Of a DNA stretch of 64,000 bases, positions 49,707 through 58,610 are shown one piece after another. A program made the translations under genes and the position numbers. The stretch is taken from NCBI GenBank assembly GCA_963665275.2, contig CAXXIN010000003.1:160001-224000 (forward strand). The letters run 5' to 3'. Each line of letters opens with the position of its first letter. Positions within the stretch are counted from its first letter, which is position 1. This DNA is from Negativicutes bacterium (GTDB lineage: Bacteria; Bacillota; Negativicutes; UBA1444). The notes beneath the pieces were generated by a model that was not told where the DNA came from, did not search any database, and was given only the letters and a program-made list of their open reading frames with translations.

Positions 49707-50756
49707 TTATTTCTCGAAAATCGACTTCGGTAAGGCGCCCTGCTGTTTCAGAGAACCGTCTTTAATTTTGGCGATTACTTCTTTGAGCTTATCCGCAGCG
49801 CCGGCAGGCAGTTTGCTTTCATTGCCGTGGTAGTCGGAGAGGAAGATAGCGTTTTCATTCACGCCCATCAGATAGAGAGCCGGTTTGGCTTCGTTTTTCA
49901 CCGCTTTGGAAATAATCGTTTCTACCATGAAGGTTACGCTTTGGATGGCTGAGACAAACACGGTGTCCGGAGCCACGTTGTATTGGTCGCTGATATAGCC
50001 AAGAGCTTTGATTTTCTTGGTCTTGGCCGCATCAATGATCCCCAGGCTCGCCTGATTCGCATTGCCGCTGACAACGTCGGCGCCCTGTTCAATCATGGCC
50101 ATGGCCATTTCCTTCCCTTTGGCAACATCAGACATCGTTTCGGTAAATCCAGTCAACACTTTTACGTTCGGATTGACATATTTGGCGCCAGCCTCAAACC
50201 CTTTCAGCCCGTCTTGAATATGGGGCAATTTGGTGCCACCGATCATTCCGACGGTATTGGTTTTCGTAATCAGTCCAGCCACTGCTCCAGCCAAAAATCC
50301 GGTCTGCGGCGTATTGAAACGCAGGGAAAGCATATTGGGCTCTTGGAATCCATTACCGTTGACGACCGCAAACGTCACCTTGGGATACTGGGGTGCAACC
50401 ACTTTGACCACGTCAGAGAACTCGAAGCCGTGCAGAATCACTAGGTTGTATCCTTTATCTGCATAGTCGCGGATAACGGATTCAAAATCCGGCTGCGGAA
50501 CATTTTCTGTATAGGCCGCGTCCACTTTGTATTTGTCTTTGGCCGCCATGAGACCTTTATAGGCGGACTCGTTCCAGCCAGCGTCATTGATTGGACCGGT
50601 CAAGACCATCGCCACTTTAAATGCCGCCGAAGCTGCCGGTTTAGCCTCTTTTTTAGGTTCTTCCTTTTTTGCTCCGCCACAGCCGACCAGAGCCATACCG
50701 GCAAACAGAACCAACATTGCCCACACCGTCAGTTGAATCAAATTTTTCTTTTTCAT
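49707..50756 (-). CDS. BMP-family substrate-binding lipoprotein
   Basis: Lipobox LVGC, GPINDAGWN, GFLAGAVA, GKEMA..MIEQGADV; start 50756. Confidence 0.9.
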   Translation of the reverse strand: MKKKNLIQLTVWAMLVLFAGMALVGCGGAKKEEPKKEAKPAASAAFKVAMVLTGPINDAGWNESAYKGLMAAKDKYKVDAAYTENVPQPDFESVIRDYADKGYNLVILHGFEFSDVVKVVAPQYPKVTFAVVNGNGFQEPNMLSLRFNTPQTGFLAGAVAGLITKTNTVGMIGGTKLPHIQDGLKGFEAGAKYVNPNVKVLTGFTETMSDVAKGKEMAMAMIEQGADVVSGNANQASLGIIDAAKTKKIKALGYISDQYNVAPDTVFVSAIQSVTFMVETIISKAVKNEAKPALYLMGVNENAIFLSDYHGNESKLPAGAADKLKEVIAKIKDGSLKQQGALPKSIFEK

Positions 50757-50793
50757 CCCAAAAACCTCCTCTTTCATTTGCTTGCCAGTCGTG

Positions 50794-52182
50794 CTACTCT
50801 TTTGAACCGAATACCCGTTCCATTAGCTCCTGCGCCTGATGTTGCTCCACTCGCAAAATTTCTTTCTCATCAAGCGCAGGGAAATCACCGTCAACCAGTA
50901 CGGCTTTGCCATTGATCACCACCTTTTCAATCGCGTGGGCCCCGGCCGAATAGACTAAAGAAGCCACAGGATCATGAACAGGGCAGGTTCGGGCGCAGCG
51001 GCCGGAATTCAGCACAAAGAAATCCGCTTTTTTCCCGGCCTCGATCGACCCAATTTCCTGCTCCATGCCAATACCCCGGGCAGCTTCAATCGTCGCCATC
51101 TCCAGAACTTCCTGCGCCGTCATCGCCATCGGATCACAGAGAAACACTTTATGTAAAAGAGCAGTGCTCTTGAGTACTTCCAACATATCATTGCAGTTGT
51201 TGCTGGCCGCACCATCGGTGCCAAGACCAACAGTCATTCCCATTTTTCGCATTAGCGGCGCCGGAGCAACGCCGGATGCCAGATACATGTTCGAAACCGG
51301 ATTGTGGGAGACATAAACATTGTGAGCTTTAAAGGCCGCAAGTTCAGTCTCACCCATCTTCACACAGTGCACTGCGAGCAAATGGCTATCCAGCAACCCG
51401 CTCTCTTCGAAACAGGCCAGCGCGGATCGGTTGAACTTCTTACGGCAAACGGTCTCGTCGGTTTCTGTTTCGTACATGTGCATCGTGACAGGAACAGAGT
51501 ATTGTTTCGCAAATGCCCCGGTTTCCCGCAGGCCTTCCATCGACAGCGCCCAAACCCCCGCAGGCGCCAGCCATATGCGAGTCATCAGATCCGAGCGTTC
51601 GTACTTGTTCTTTAGGCGAAGAACATCGGCGAAAACCGCATCCGTTTCTTCGATCAGCTCCGAGGGGAATCCATTGTCACGGCCGGTGTTGCGAAAGCCC
51701 CGGCCATAAACCAACCGGACTCCCATATTCTTCATCACATCGATTTCCGCGTCAGACAAACACGCGACCGGATGAACCTGCATATAATCCACGACGGTTG
51801 TCACACCGCTCCGCACCGCCTCCAGAGCCCCTCCGGCAGCGGCGGCAGCCACATGATCATGCCGGATACGAATCCCTGCAGGCGCAATCACACGATGCCA
51901 CCAATTCTCCAGTGCTGTATCCGTCCCCAGCCCTTTCAACAGGTTTTGATACAAATGCGTGTGAGTATTAATCAACCCGGGAAAAACAAATTTTCCGGTT
52001 CCGTCTTCCGACTGAATATTTTTTTGTGCAGCAAGACTCTGAATTTCTTCAGTAGATCCTATCGCCACAATGCGGTCATTTTCCCACAGCAGTCCGGCGT
52101 CTTTGAGAATGCGCCGCGCCGGATCTACCGTGACGACGGTAACGTGATACAAGGCGCCGCCGGTTATTTGTTGCTCGCTCAT
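50794..52182 (-). CDS. Amidohydrolase-family deaminase (cog0402)
   Basis: PGLINTHTHLYQNLLKG, HMYE, HNPVSNMYL, GTDG; start 52182 (TAATG overlap with gntR stop). Confidence 0.9.
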   Translation of the reverse strand: MSEQQITGGALYHVTVVTVDPARRILKDAGLLWENDRIVAIGSTEEIQSLAAQKNIQSEDGTGKFVFPGLINTHTHLYQNLLKGLGTDTALENWWHRVIAPAGIRIRHDHVAAAAAGGALEAVRSGVTTVVDYMQVHPVACLSDAEIDVMKNMGVRLVYGRGFRNTGRDNGFPSELIEETDAVFADVLRLKNKYERSDLMTRIWLAPAGVWALSMEGLRETGAFAKQYSVPVTMHMYETETDETVCRKKFNRSALACFEESGLLDSHLLAVHCVKMGETELAAFKAHNVYVSHNPVSNMYLASGVAPAPLMRKMGMTVGLGTDGAASNNCNDMLEVLKSTALLHKVFLCDPMAMTAQEVLEMATIEAARGIGMEQEIGSIEAGKKADFFVLNSGRCARTCPVHDPVASLVYSAGAHAIEKVVINGKAVLVDGDFPALDEKEILRVEQHQAQELMERVFGSKE

Positions 52183-52919
52183 TACGATTTTTGCCCCCAT
52201 TTCCACAGTGTAGTCATTTTGACCAAAACCGGATTGAATTTCACCCAACTTAGGCAAATCGGCATGTCTTCCAAGGTATAGAACGTTTCTTTCCACGAGG
52301 TCATCGGAGTTCCCTTAGGCAATCCGAACAATTCGACGTCTTCTTCCTGCAAAACGGTGGGAATAAACTCCTGAATCCCCTGGGCCAGATCTCTGCGACA
52401 ATATTGCCAAATCAAAGTTCCCAGGTCGATTTCATCTTCTACCGTTTCGATGTCCTGGACGAAATATTGATACGGAATCCTGTTCTGCGCATAAATTGCA
52501 ATCTTCCCGTCGACCCAAAAAATCTTTTCATACACAACAACCATGCTGTCGGGCTTGATATTCAAGGCCGTCGTTACGATTTCATCAGCCTTTTCCAGGC
52601 GCATCGCTGAATAAGTTGCTTTAGCTTCGTATCCGCCATCCTTCAACAAATTGATGAAATCTGAATATCGATCAATTCTCATCCTGACCGTCAAGGCGCT
52701 TTGATGAATGAAATTCCCTGAGCCATGGCGTTTACTGATAATGCCCTCGGCGTTCAAATCCTGCAGGGCTTCTCGCAAAGTAGCCAGACTCACCCCAATA
52801 AGTTTCGCCAATTCATCTTCAGGCGGCAGTTTCGCGCCGCTGATTTTTTTCTGCCGTATCATTTCCATGATCACGTCTTTGCCATATTGCGCCCGCGTGG
52901 AAACTTGATTTTTGTACAG
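52182..52919 (-). CDS. GntR/HutC-family (UTRA) regulator; start uncertain (GTG 52874 or CTG 52919)
   Basis: KLPPEDELAKLIGVSLATLREAL...GSGNF followed by UTRA-like domain. Confidence 0.85.
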   Translation of the reverse strand: MYKNQVSTRAQYGKDVIMEMIRQKKISGAKLPPEDELAKLIGVSLATLREALQDLNAEGIISKRHGSGNFIHQSALTVRMRIDRYSDFINLLKDGGYEAKATYSAMRLEKADEIVTTALNIKPDSMVVVYEKIFWVDGKIAIYAQNRIPYQYFVQDIETVEDEIDLGTLIWQYCRRDLAQGIQEFIPTVLQEEDVELFGLPKGTPMTSWKETFYTLEDMPICLSWVKFNPVLVKMTTLWKWGQKS

Positions 52920-52940
52920 TATAATCCCCCCAATCGCAAG

Positions 52941-52959
52941 TCATTGATTGACTCAATGA
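52941..52959. promoter_or_regulatory. Putative operator TCATTGA-N5-TCAATGA
   Basis: Perfect 7-bp inverted repeat directly upstream of the gntR RBS. Confidence 0.5.
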
Positions 52960-53004
52960 TTGTTTGCGCAGTTTTATGCTTCCTTTTCTCATCAATAAGC
53001 TAAA

Positions 53005-53133
53005 GACAAAAATGCAGCTCCACAACAACAAAAGTTGTCGCGGAGCTGCATTGCTCAGCATACCTCATTCTTTTACACAATCCACATCCTATGGATTTTA
53101 TTGAATTATATACCAAGCATTTTTATTATTCAA
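53005..53133 (-). promoter_or_regulatory. sigmaA promoter plus leader with ANTAR-like hairpins and intrinsic terminator
   Basis: TTGAAT(53133)-17 nt-TATAAT(53110); hairpin AAUCCAU-AGGAU-GUGGAUU; GAGC-AAUGCA-GCUC overlapping the 5' arm of terminator 53011-53052 with U-tract. Confidence 0.7.
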
Positions 53134-53326
53134 TCCCCCTATTCGTTCCGCCTGTGGTCAATAATAATCTTCACTTGACTAACTTATTTGAAAAACAAAG
53201 TTTTGTCCTCTGTTTTTGTTGATTTTGTGTATTTTCTTTCGACTTATTGGCATTCTTATTGATATTCCTTGCAAATACTCCCGCCACATCGGAGAAATAT
53301 ATTTTCGCTTTCCAAGCAACCGATAA

Positions 53327-54280
53327 TCAGTTCACTACATTGGTTGGCTTGCCCGCAAGAAATGCCCGCAAATTATTCTCAGCAATGTCCATCAGACGTT
53401 GGCGGCTTTCCTTTGGTGCCCAAGAAATATGGGGTGTAATGATGCAATTTTTTGCCTTAAGCAAAGGATTATCTCCACGAATCGGTTCGCTTGACACAAC
53501 ATCCACGCCCGCAGCATATATTTTGCCGAAATTCAATGCGTCTGCCAAATCCTTTTCGCGGATCAGCTGCCCTCTGGAGTTATTGATGATAATAACTCCA
53601 TCTTTCATTTTGGCAATATTTTCCGTGTTGATAATTCCCTCAGTGGATGGAAACAGCGGGCAATGCAAACAAATAACATCAGACCGCGCGAACAGCTCAT
53701 CAAGCGAGACATAGTCCGCTATGGTCCGTCCAGCATCATTGGGGTATTCATCGCTGGCAATGATCTTCATTCCCAAGGCCTTGGCAATGCGACCGGTTGT
53801 TTGTCCAATGCGGCCAAAGCCGATAACGCCCATTGTTTTCCCTGCCAATTCAATCAACGGATAATCCCAAAAACACCAATCCGGGTTGGATTCCCAGCGC
53901 CCTGCATGGACTGCCTGGTCATGGTGCGCCACGTGATGGCAAATCTCCAGCAATAACGCGATTGCAAACTGCCCCACTGACTCAGTTCCATATGTTGGAA
54001 TGTTGCAGACCGAGATATTTTTTTCTGTTGCCGCTTGCACATCAATCACATTATAGCCAGTTGCGAGAACGCCAATGTACTGTATCCGGGGGCAAGCCTC
54101 GATAGTGGCTCGATCAATGGGCGTCTTGTTCACAATCACGATCTCCGCCTGGCCAATCCGTTCAATGACTTTGTCCTGGGGAGTTCGATCGTAAACAGTC
54201 AGCTCGCCCATCGCTTCAAATCCACTCCAGCTTAGGTCTCCGGGATTTTCCGTATAGCCGTCCAGAATTACTATTTTCAT
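53327..54280 (-). CDS. D-2-hydroxyacid dehydrogenase (glycerate dehydrogenase/hydroxypyruvate-glyoxylate reductase-like)
   Basis: MKIVILDGYTENPGDLSW, GFGRIG, NNSRG, ITPHISW. Confidence 0.92.
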   Translation of the reverse strand: MKIVILDGYTENPGDLSWSGFEAMGELTVYDRTPQDKVIERIGQAEIVIVNKTPIDRATIEACPRIQYIGVLATGYNVIDVQAATEKNISVCNIPTYGTESVGQFAIALLLEICHHVAHHDQAVHAGRWESNPDWCFWDYPLIELAGKTMGVIGFGRIGQTTGRIAKALGMKIIASDEYPNDAGRTIADYVSLDELFARSDVICLHCPLFPSTEGIINTENIAKMKDGVIIINNSRGQLIREKDLADALNFGKIYAAGVDVVSSEPIRGDNPLLKAKNCIITPHISWAPKESRQRLMDIAENNLRAFLAGKPTNVVN

Positions 54281-54309
54281 CGGTCGTTCCCTATCCTTTC
54301 ATCGGTGGA

Positions 54310-55137
54310 TTATTTCACTTTCTTCGCATCACTTTCAAGATCATGCAACATTTCAAGCGCCGTTTTACTATCGAGGTTTTCATGAATGACGCTCCGAAGA
54401 GTCTTAACCAGAGAAGTAATATCGCGGTATTCCCAGACAAATCGACCGAAGGTCACCCCGCCAACGCCAACGTCCAGAGCTTCCCTTGTCATTTTAATAT
54501 AGTCTTCTACAGTGTTACCCACATCGCCTCCCTGAATAACGACGCGAGCCGGGCAACTTTTCACAACTTTCTCCATCGTTATGGGATCGCCAGTATAGGT
54601 AGTCTTGATAATATCTACGCCCAATTCGGCGCCTGCCCGAACACAATAGGCAATGTTTTCCCATTTTGTTCTATCTTCCGGCTTAACAGACTCGCCTTTG
54701 GGGTAAATATGCCCGATCAAGGGCATACCGGCTGCCATACATTGCTTGGATATTAAGCCGATATCGCGAATTTGTTCCGCTTGGTGATCCCCCAGCAAAA
54801 TCGCGCCGACAGATACCGCATCCGCCCCCATTCGCACGCCTTCTTCCACATCACCGAAGCATACATCGTAAGTAGGCTGAACCGGTGAATAGCTGGAGCA
54901 TTTCAGCAAGAGAGACACTTTTCCCGCGTGCTTGGGCAGGCAAATTTCCGCAATCCCCTTGGTCATAGTGATCGCATCCGGGCCACCCGCTATGATTTTA
55001 TCAATGGTTTCCTGAATAGGAATCAGCCCATGCATAATCCCCCTTGATATCGAATGGTCAACGGTTATTGCCATCATCTTATTGCTTTGGGAATTAATCA
55101 ACCTACTCATGCGCACTGCTTTGCCTAACATCGCCAT
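54310..55137 (-). CDS. Class I aldolase, DhnA/LsrF family
   Basis: TVDHS, GADAV, HIYPKG, AELGVDIIKT (Schiff-base Lys), QGG, GRFVW. Confidence 0.88.
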   Translation of the reverse strand: MAMLGKAVRMSRLINSQSNKMMAITVDHSISRGIMHGLIPIQETIDKIIAGGPDAITMTKGIAEICLPKHAGKVSLLLKCSSYSPVQPTYDVCFGDVEEGVRMGADAVSVGAILLGDHQAEQIRDIGLISKQCMAAGMPLIGHIYPKGESVKPEDRTKWENIAYCVRAGAELGVDIIKTTYTGDPITMEKVVKSCPARVVIQGGDVGNTVEDYIKMTREALDVGVGGVTFGRFVWEYRDITSLVKTLRSVIHENLDSKTALEMLHDLESDAKKVK

Positions 55138-55197
55138 AATTCTCATACTCCTTCTTATCTCTTATTATTGACAACTTGTCACTGTAAAAACGCGATT

Positions 55198-56244
55198 TTA
55201 CGGTTCAACGATAATTTTTAAGCCATCTCCGCTTTTCGCCATCTCGTAAGCTTGCTGGAACTCTTCGATTTTAAACGTGTGGGTAACGAGCTCTTCAAGA
55301 TTCACTTTGCGGTCAATCACCATCTGTGCTGCGTCCAGGTAATCTTGCCTTTTGCATGCCGTGGAGCCGTTGACATTGATCTCGCCGTAATGAATCGTAT
55401 TGACTTCGATCATACACTCGCCGGTACCGGCGAAACCGGCGAACAAATTAACGGTGCCACCTTTTCTGCACAATTTAATGGTCGAATTAACAATTTGGGG
55501 AACGCCGATGGCTACAACGATTACGTCAACGCCCAGACCATCCGTTTCTCGCATGACAATTTGCTGCAAGTTTTCTGTTGTCGGATCTACCACCAGGTCA
55601 GCACCGAGCTTCGTAGCCTTGGCACGTCTGGATAAAATCGGTTCACTCACGATCACTTTGCGTGCGCCCGCAATCTTGGAAAGCTGCAGATGCATCAGTC
55701 CAATCGGTCCGGCGCCAACAATCAATACGATATCGTTGATTCCTGTCCCTGCATTGTGCAGTCCGCGGATGCAACACGCAAGCGGTTCGATCAATGCCCC
55801 TTCGGCGAAAGAAACATGCTCGGGCAATTTCACTACGTTGCCGCTTGCTAAAGCGATCTCAGGAATCCGTACATACTCGGCAAAAGCACCGTCGAATTCA
55901 TATCCAATGGCTTTTCTGTTGAGACATGCGTTTTCGCGGCCTGTTAAACAACTCTTGCAAGAATGGCAGGGAATTACATTTGCGATAGCTACTTTATCGC
56001 CGACCGCAAACCCTTTCACCTTTTCGCCCACTTCCTTGATTACTCCGCACATCTCATGTCCGATAACCGAAGGATAACGAACATCTTTGGTCTTTTTCCC
56101 TTCCAAAATCCGGATATCGGTTCCGCAAATGGCAGCTTTTTTGATCTGTAATAAGAGTTCACCTTCACCAATTTTCGGTGTCTCGACTTGTCCAGCTTTA
56201 AAATCATTGGGTCCTGCCAAAATAACCGCTCTCATAGAACTCAT
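55198..56244 (-). CDS. Zn-dependent polyol/sugar-acid dehydrogenase (MDR family)
   Basis: ICGTD, GHE, CHSCKSC...C, EPLAC, GAGPIG. Confidence 0.9.
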   Translation of the reverse strand: MSSMRAVILAGPNDFKAGQVETPKIGEGELLLQIKKAAICGTDIRILEGKKTKDVRYPSVIGHEMCGVIKEVGEKVKGFAVGDKVAIANVIPCHSCKSCLTGRENACLNRKAIGYEFDGAFAEYVRIPEIALASGNVVKLPEHVSFAEGALIEPLACCIRGLHNAGTGINDIVLIVGAGPIGLMHLQLSKIAGARKVIVSEPILSRRAKATKLGADLVVDPTTENLQQIVMRETDGLGVDVIVVAIGVPQIVNSTIKLCRKGGTVNLFAGFAGTGECMIEVNTIHYGEINVNGSTACKRQDYLDAAQMVIDRKVNLEELVTHTFKIEEFQQAYEMAKSGDGLKIIVEP

Positions 56245-56292
56245 TTCCTCCTTTTCTCACAACACATTGTTCACTGATTATATTTTCACGGT

Positions 56293-57792
56293 CTAACGCA
56301 ACTCATGCTGCAACTTCATCAATTCTTTCAGACTCGGATACAATTGACGATAAATAGCGCTGTGATTGGCATAAAAATCTACATTGTCTGGCCGTGGTTC
56401 AACAATTCTGCAATACTTCTCAAGACACGGTACCTCTTCGGCTTTCGCATAAATTCCTGCAGCCAACGCCCCCAGCATAGCGGCTCCGTAAGCGGCGGTA
56501 TAGCCGGCTTCGATGGTGCGAATCTGTTTGTGCAGCAGATCAGCCCGAAGTTGGATCGCAAAGGCGCTCTTGGAAGCCCCGCCAACACACTTGATATATT
56601 CAGGTGAAACCTCCCAGCGTTCGCTGCCAATCCTATATATTTGCTGCATACCGTAGGCAACACCCTCATAGATGGCACGTAAAACATCTGCTTTATTCGT
56701 ATTGATATTCAAACCGAAAAATACGCCGCAGGCATGTGTATCGAACACCGGACTTCGCTCTCCGCATAGATAGGGAAGAAAGAACAAGCCTTTTGCACCA
56801 GGTTCGGCAGAAACGGCCAAATGTTCCAGGTCCCTTTCGCAGGGAATCTCCGGGAAGATATTTTTCAGCGCCCATTGGATAGAAGCGCCTGCCGTGCTCA
56901 TCGCTCCATGAGATAGCCACATCCCCGGGATTACGTGCCCGCGATTCATAAAGGCCGGGCTAAAGTTGGGCACGTTGAGGCAAAATGTGATGACTTCCGA
57001 AGTTCCCATACTTTGGAATACATCGCCATGTTTATGGATCCCCAGAGCGAAACTGGTCGCCGCCGTATCAGCAGCGCCGATGGCCACCGGGATTCCCGAC
57101 GGCAGCCCGAGTTCGCCGGCGATGCCAGCTTGCAATTCGCCCACCTTGCCAAAGGACGGGAGTATCTCCGGCAAATATCGTTCGCTGATGCCAAAAATGT
57201 CTAAAAAAGTTTGATCCCAAACATACGGATTTCGGACCTGCATTAATCCCGAGTAGGAGGATACTGTTGGATCCACAGCTAACTTACCGGTGAACTTTGC
57301 TCCTAAATAGGTATTGAGAAAGCCGATGTGAACCGTTTTGTTCCAAGTGTCCGGCTCATTGTTTCGAATCCAGTTCACCGTTGCCGCTACGCAAGTGGAT
57401 GGGCTTGGCTGATTCCCGACCCGGGAAAAGAACATATTGGCGCCGCCAAACAGTTCAACGCTTTGCTCAACCTCTTTGACACTTCGATTGTCAAGATAAA
57501 TAATTCCAGGACGTATTGCTTCCTTATAAGCATCAAAGAATATCAATGTTGGAGACGAAACACTGAGGCCAATGGCTTGTACCTGTCCTTCGTAACCTGC
57601 TGCAACTTCTTTAACTGCCGCCTTTACCTCGCGGAAAAGCAGCTCCACGTCAATTTCAGCTTGATCGTTGGCAGGACTTGCAACCTTTACGGGAAAAGAA
57701 GCTTCCCTGATTAGGGAGCCTTGTAAAGTAAACAAGCAGGTTTTGACACTGCTGGTCCCTGCGTCAATCCCGATTAAGACACCTTTGTTCAT
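56293..57792 (-). CDS. FGGY-family carbohydrate kinase (xylulokinase-like)
   Basis: IGIDAGTSSVK, DNRS, GAADT, MGTS, LPYLCGERSP, EGVA. Confidence 0.9.
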   Translation of the reverse strand: MNKGVLIGIDAGTSSVKTCLFTLQGSLIREASFPVKVASPANDQAEIDVELLFREVKAAVKEVAAGYEGQVQAIGLSVSSPTLIFFDAYKEAIRPGIIYLDNRSVKEVEQSVELFGGANMFFSRVGNQPSPSTCVAATVNWIRNNEPDTWNKTVHIGFLNTYLGAKFTGKLAVDPTVSSYSGLMQVRNPYVWDQTFLDIFGISERYLPEILPSFGKVGELQAGIAGELGLPSGIPVAIGAADTAATSFALGIHKHGDVFQSMGTSEVITFCLNVPNFSPAFMNRGHVIPGMWLSHGAMSTAGASIQWALKNIFPEIPCERDLEHLAVSAEPGAKGLFFLPYLCGERSPVFDTHACGVFFGLNINTNKADVLRAIYEGVAYGMQQIYRIGSERWEVSPEYIKCVGGASKSAFAIQLRADLLHKQIRTIEAGYTAAYGAAMLGALAAGIYAKAEEVPCLEKYCRIVEPRPDNVDFYANHSAIYRQLYPSLKELMKLQHELR

Positions 57793-57829
57793 GTTATGTC
57801 ACCGCTTTTTTTGAAGTAATCATGCTAAT

Positions 57830-58597
57830 TTATGCAAGGATTATTTTGACCCCGGCATCTTCCAACTCTTTTTTCATGTCCGAGCCAATTCCGTCATCTG
57901 TGATAAGAACATCCACCCTTTCGATGGGACACACGCTCACCAACCCCGTTACTCCCAGTTTGCTGCTGTCAGCCACACAAATCAACTGACGGCTGATTTC
58001 AACCATCCTCTGACGGATTGGCAGGGCCTCAATGTCGTGTTTGGTAAGACCTTCTTGCGCCGTCAGTCCTATGACTCCCATCACACAAACCTGTGCGTGC
58101 ATGCTTTGCAGCATCTGTTCGGCAAAACCTCCGTACAAGTTGTATGCATCAGCGTTCAGTATGCCGCCGGTCACCAGCACAGTGACGTTTTCTCGGTTGC
58201 GGAGTTCATAGGCGATCTCGACACTGTCCGTGATCACGCGCAAGGACTTGGTGGGATTTAAGTGTCTGGCAACTTCCAGTGTAGTCGTTCCGGCGTCAAG
58301 AATCAGGCAACCTGCATCCATCACCATTTCAGCGGCTTTGGCGCCAATTCGCTCTTTTTGTTCGATGCTGCGCACAGCCCTGGACCGTCCATCCGCATCC
58401 AGCACCAGCGTATGCTGACCATAGCGGGCGCCGCCTCGGGTGCGCAGAATTTCTCCCTCTTCCTCCAGTTCGATTAAATCCCGTCGAACTGTCGAGGGAG
58501 AAATTTTCAGACGCTTTGTGAGCTCGTGAACCGACAATATTCCATTTTCAGCCAGTTCACGTCGAATCTTTTCTTTTCGCAAGTCTGCGAGCATCAT
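57830..58597 (-). CDS. DeoR/GlpR-family regulator
   Basis: STVRRDL...GGA, LDAGTTT, ADSSK, LITD. Confidence 0.92.
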   Translation of the reverse strand: MMLADLRKEKIRRELAENGILSVHELTKRLKISPSTVRRDLIELEEEGEILRTRGGARYGQHTLVLDADGRSRAVRSIEQKERIGAKAAEMVMDAGCLILDAGTTTLEVARHLNPTKSLRVITDSVEIAYELRNRENVTVLVTGGILNADAYNLYGGFAEQMLQSMHAQVCVMGVIGLTAQEGLTKHDIEALPIRQRMVEISRQLICVADSSKLGVTGLVSVCPIERVDVLITDDGIGSDMKKELEDAGVKIILA

Positions 58598-58610
58598 CTT
58601 GCCACCTTTC

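Noticed and set aside
39368-52296. Long N-terminal extensions in ORF track for Mo subunit (39499), UbiD (41479) and deaminase (52296)
   Set aside because: They overlap upstream genes; downstream ATGs with RBS or stop/start coupling fit family N-termini
53248-53263. TGGCAT-N5-TTGA sigma54-like promoter
   Set aside because: Imperfect -12 element, and it points along the plus strand where no credible gene follows
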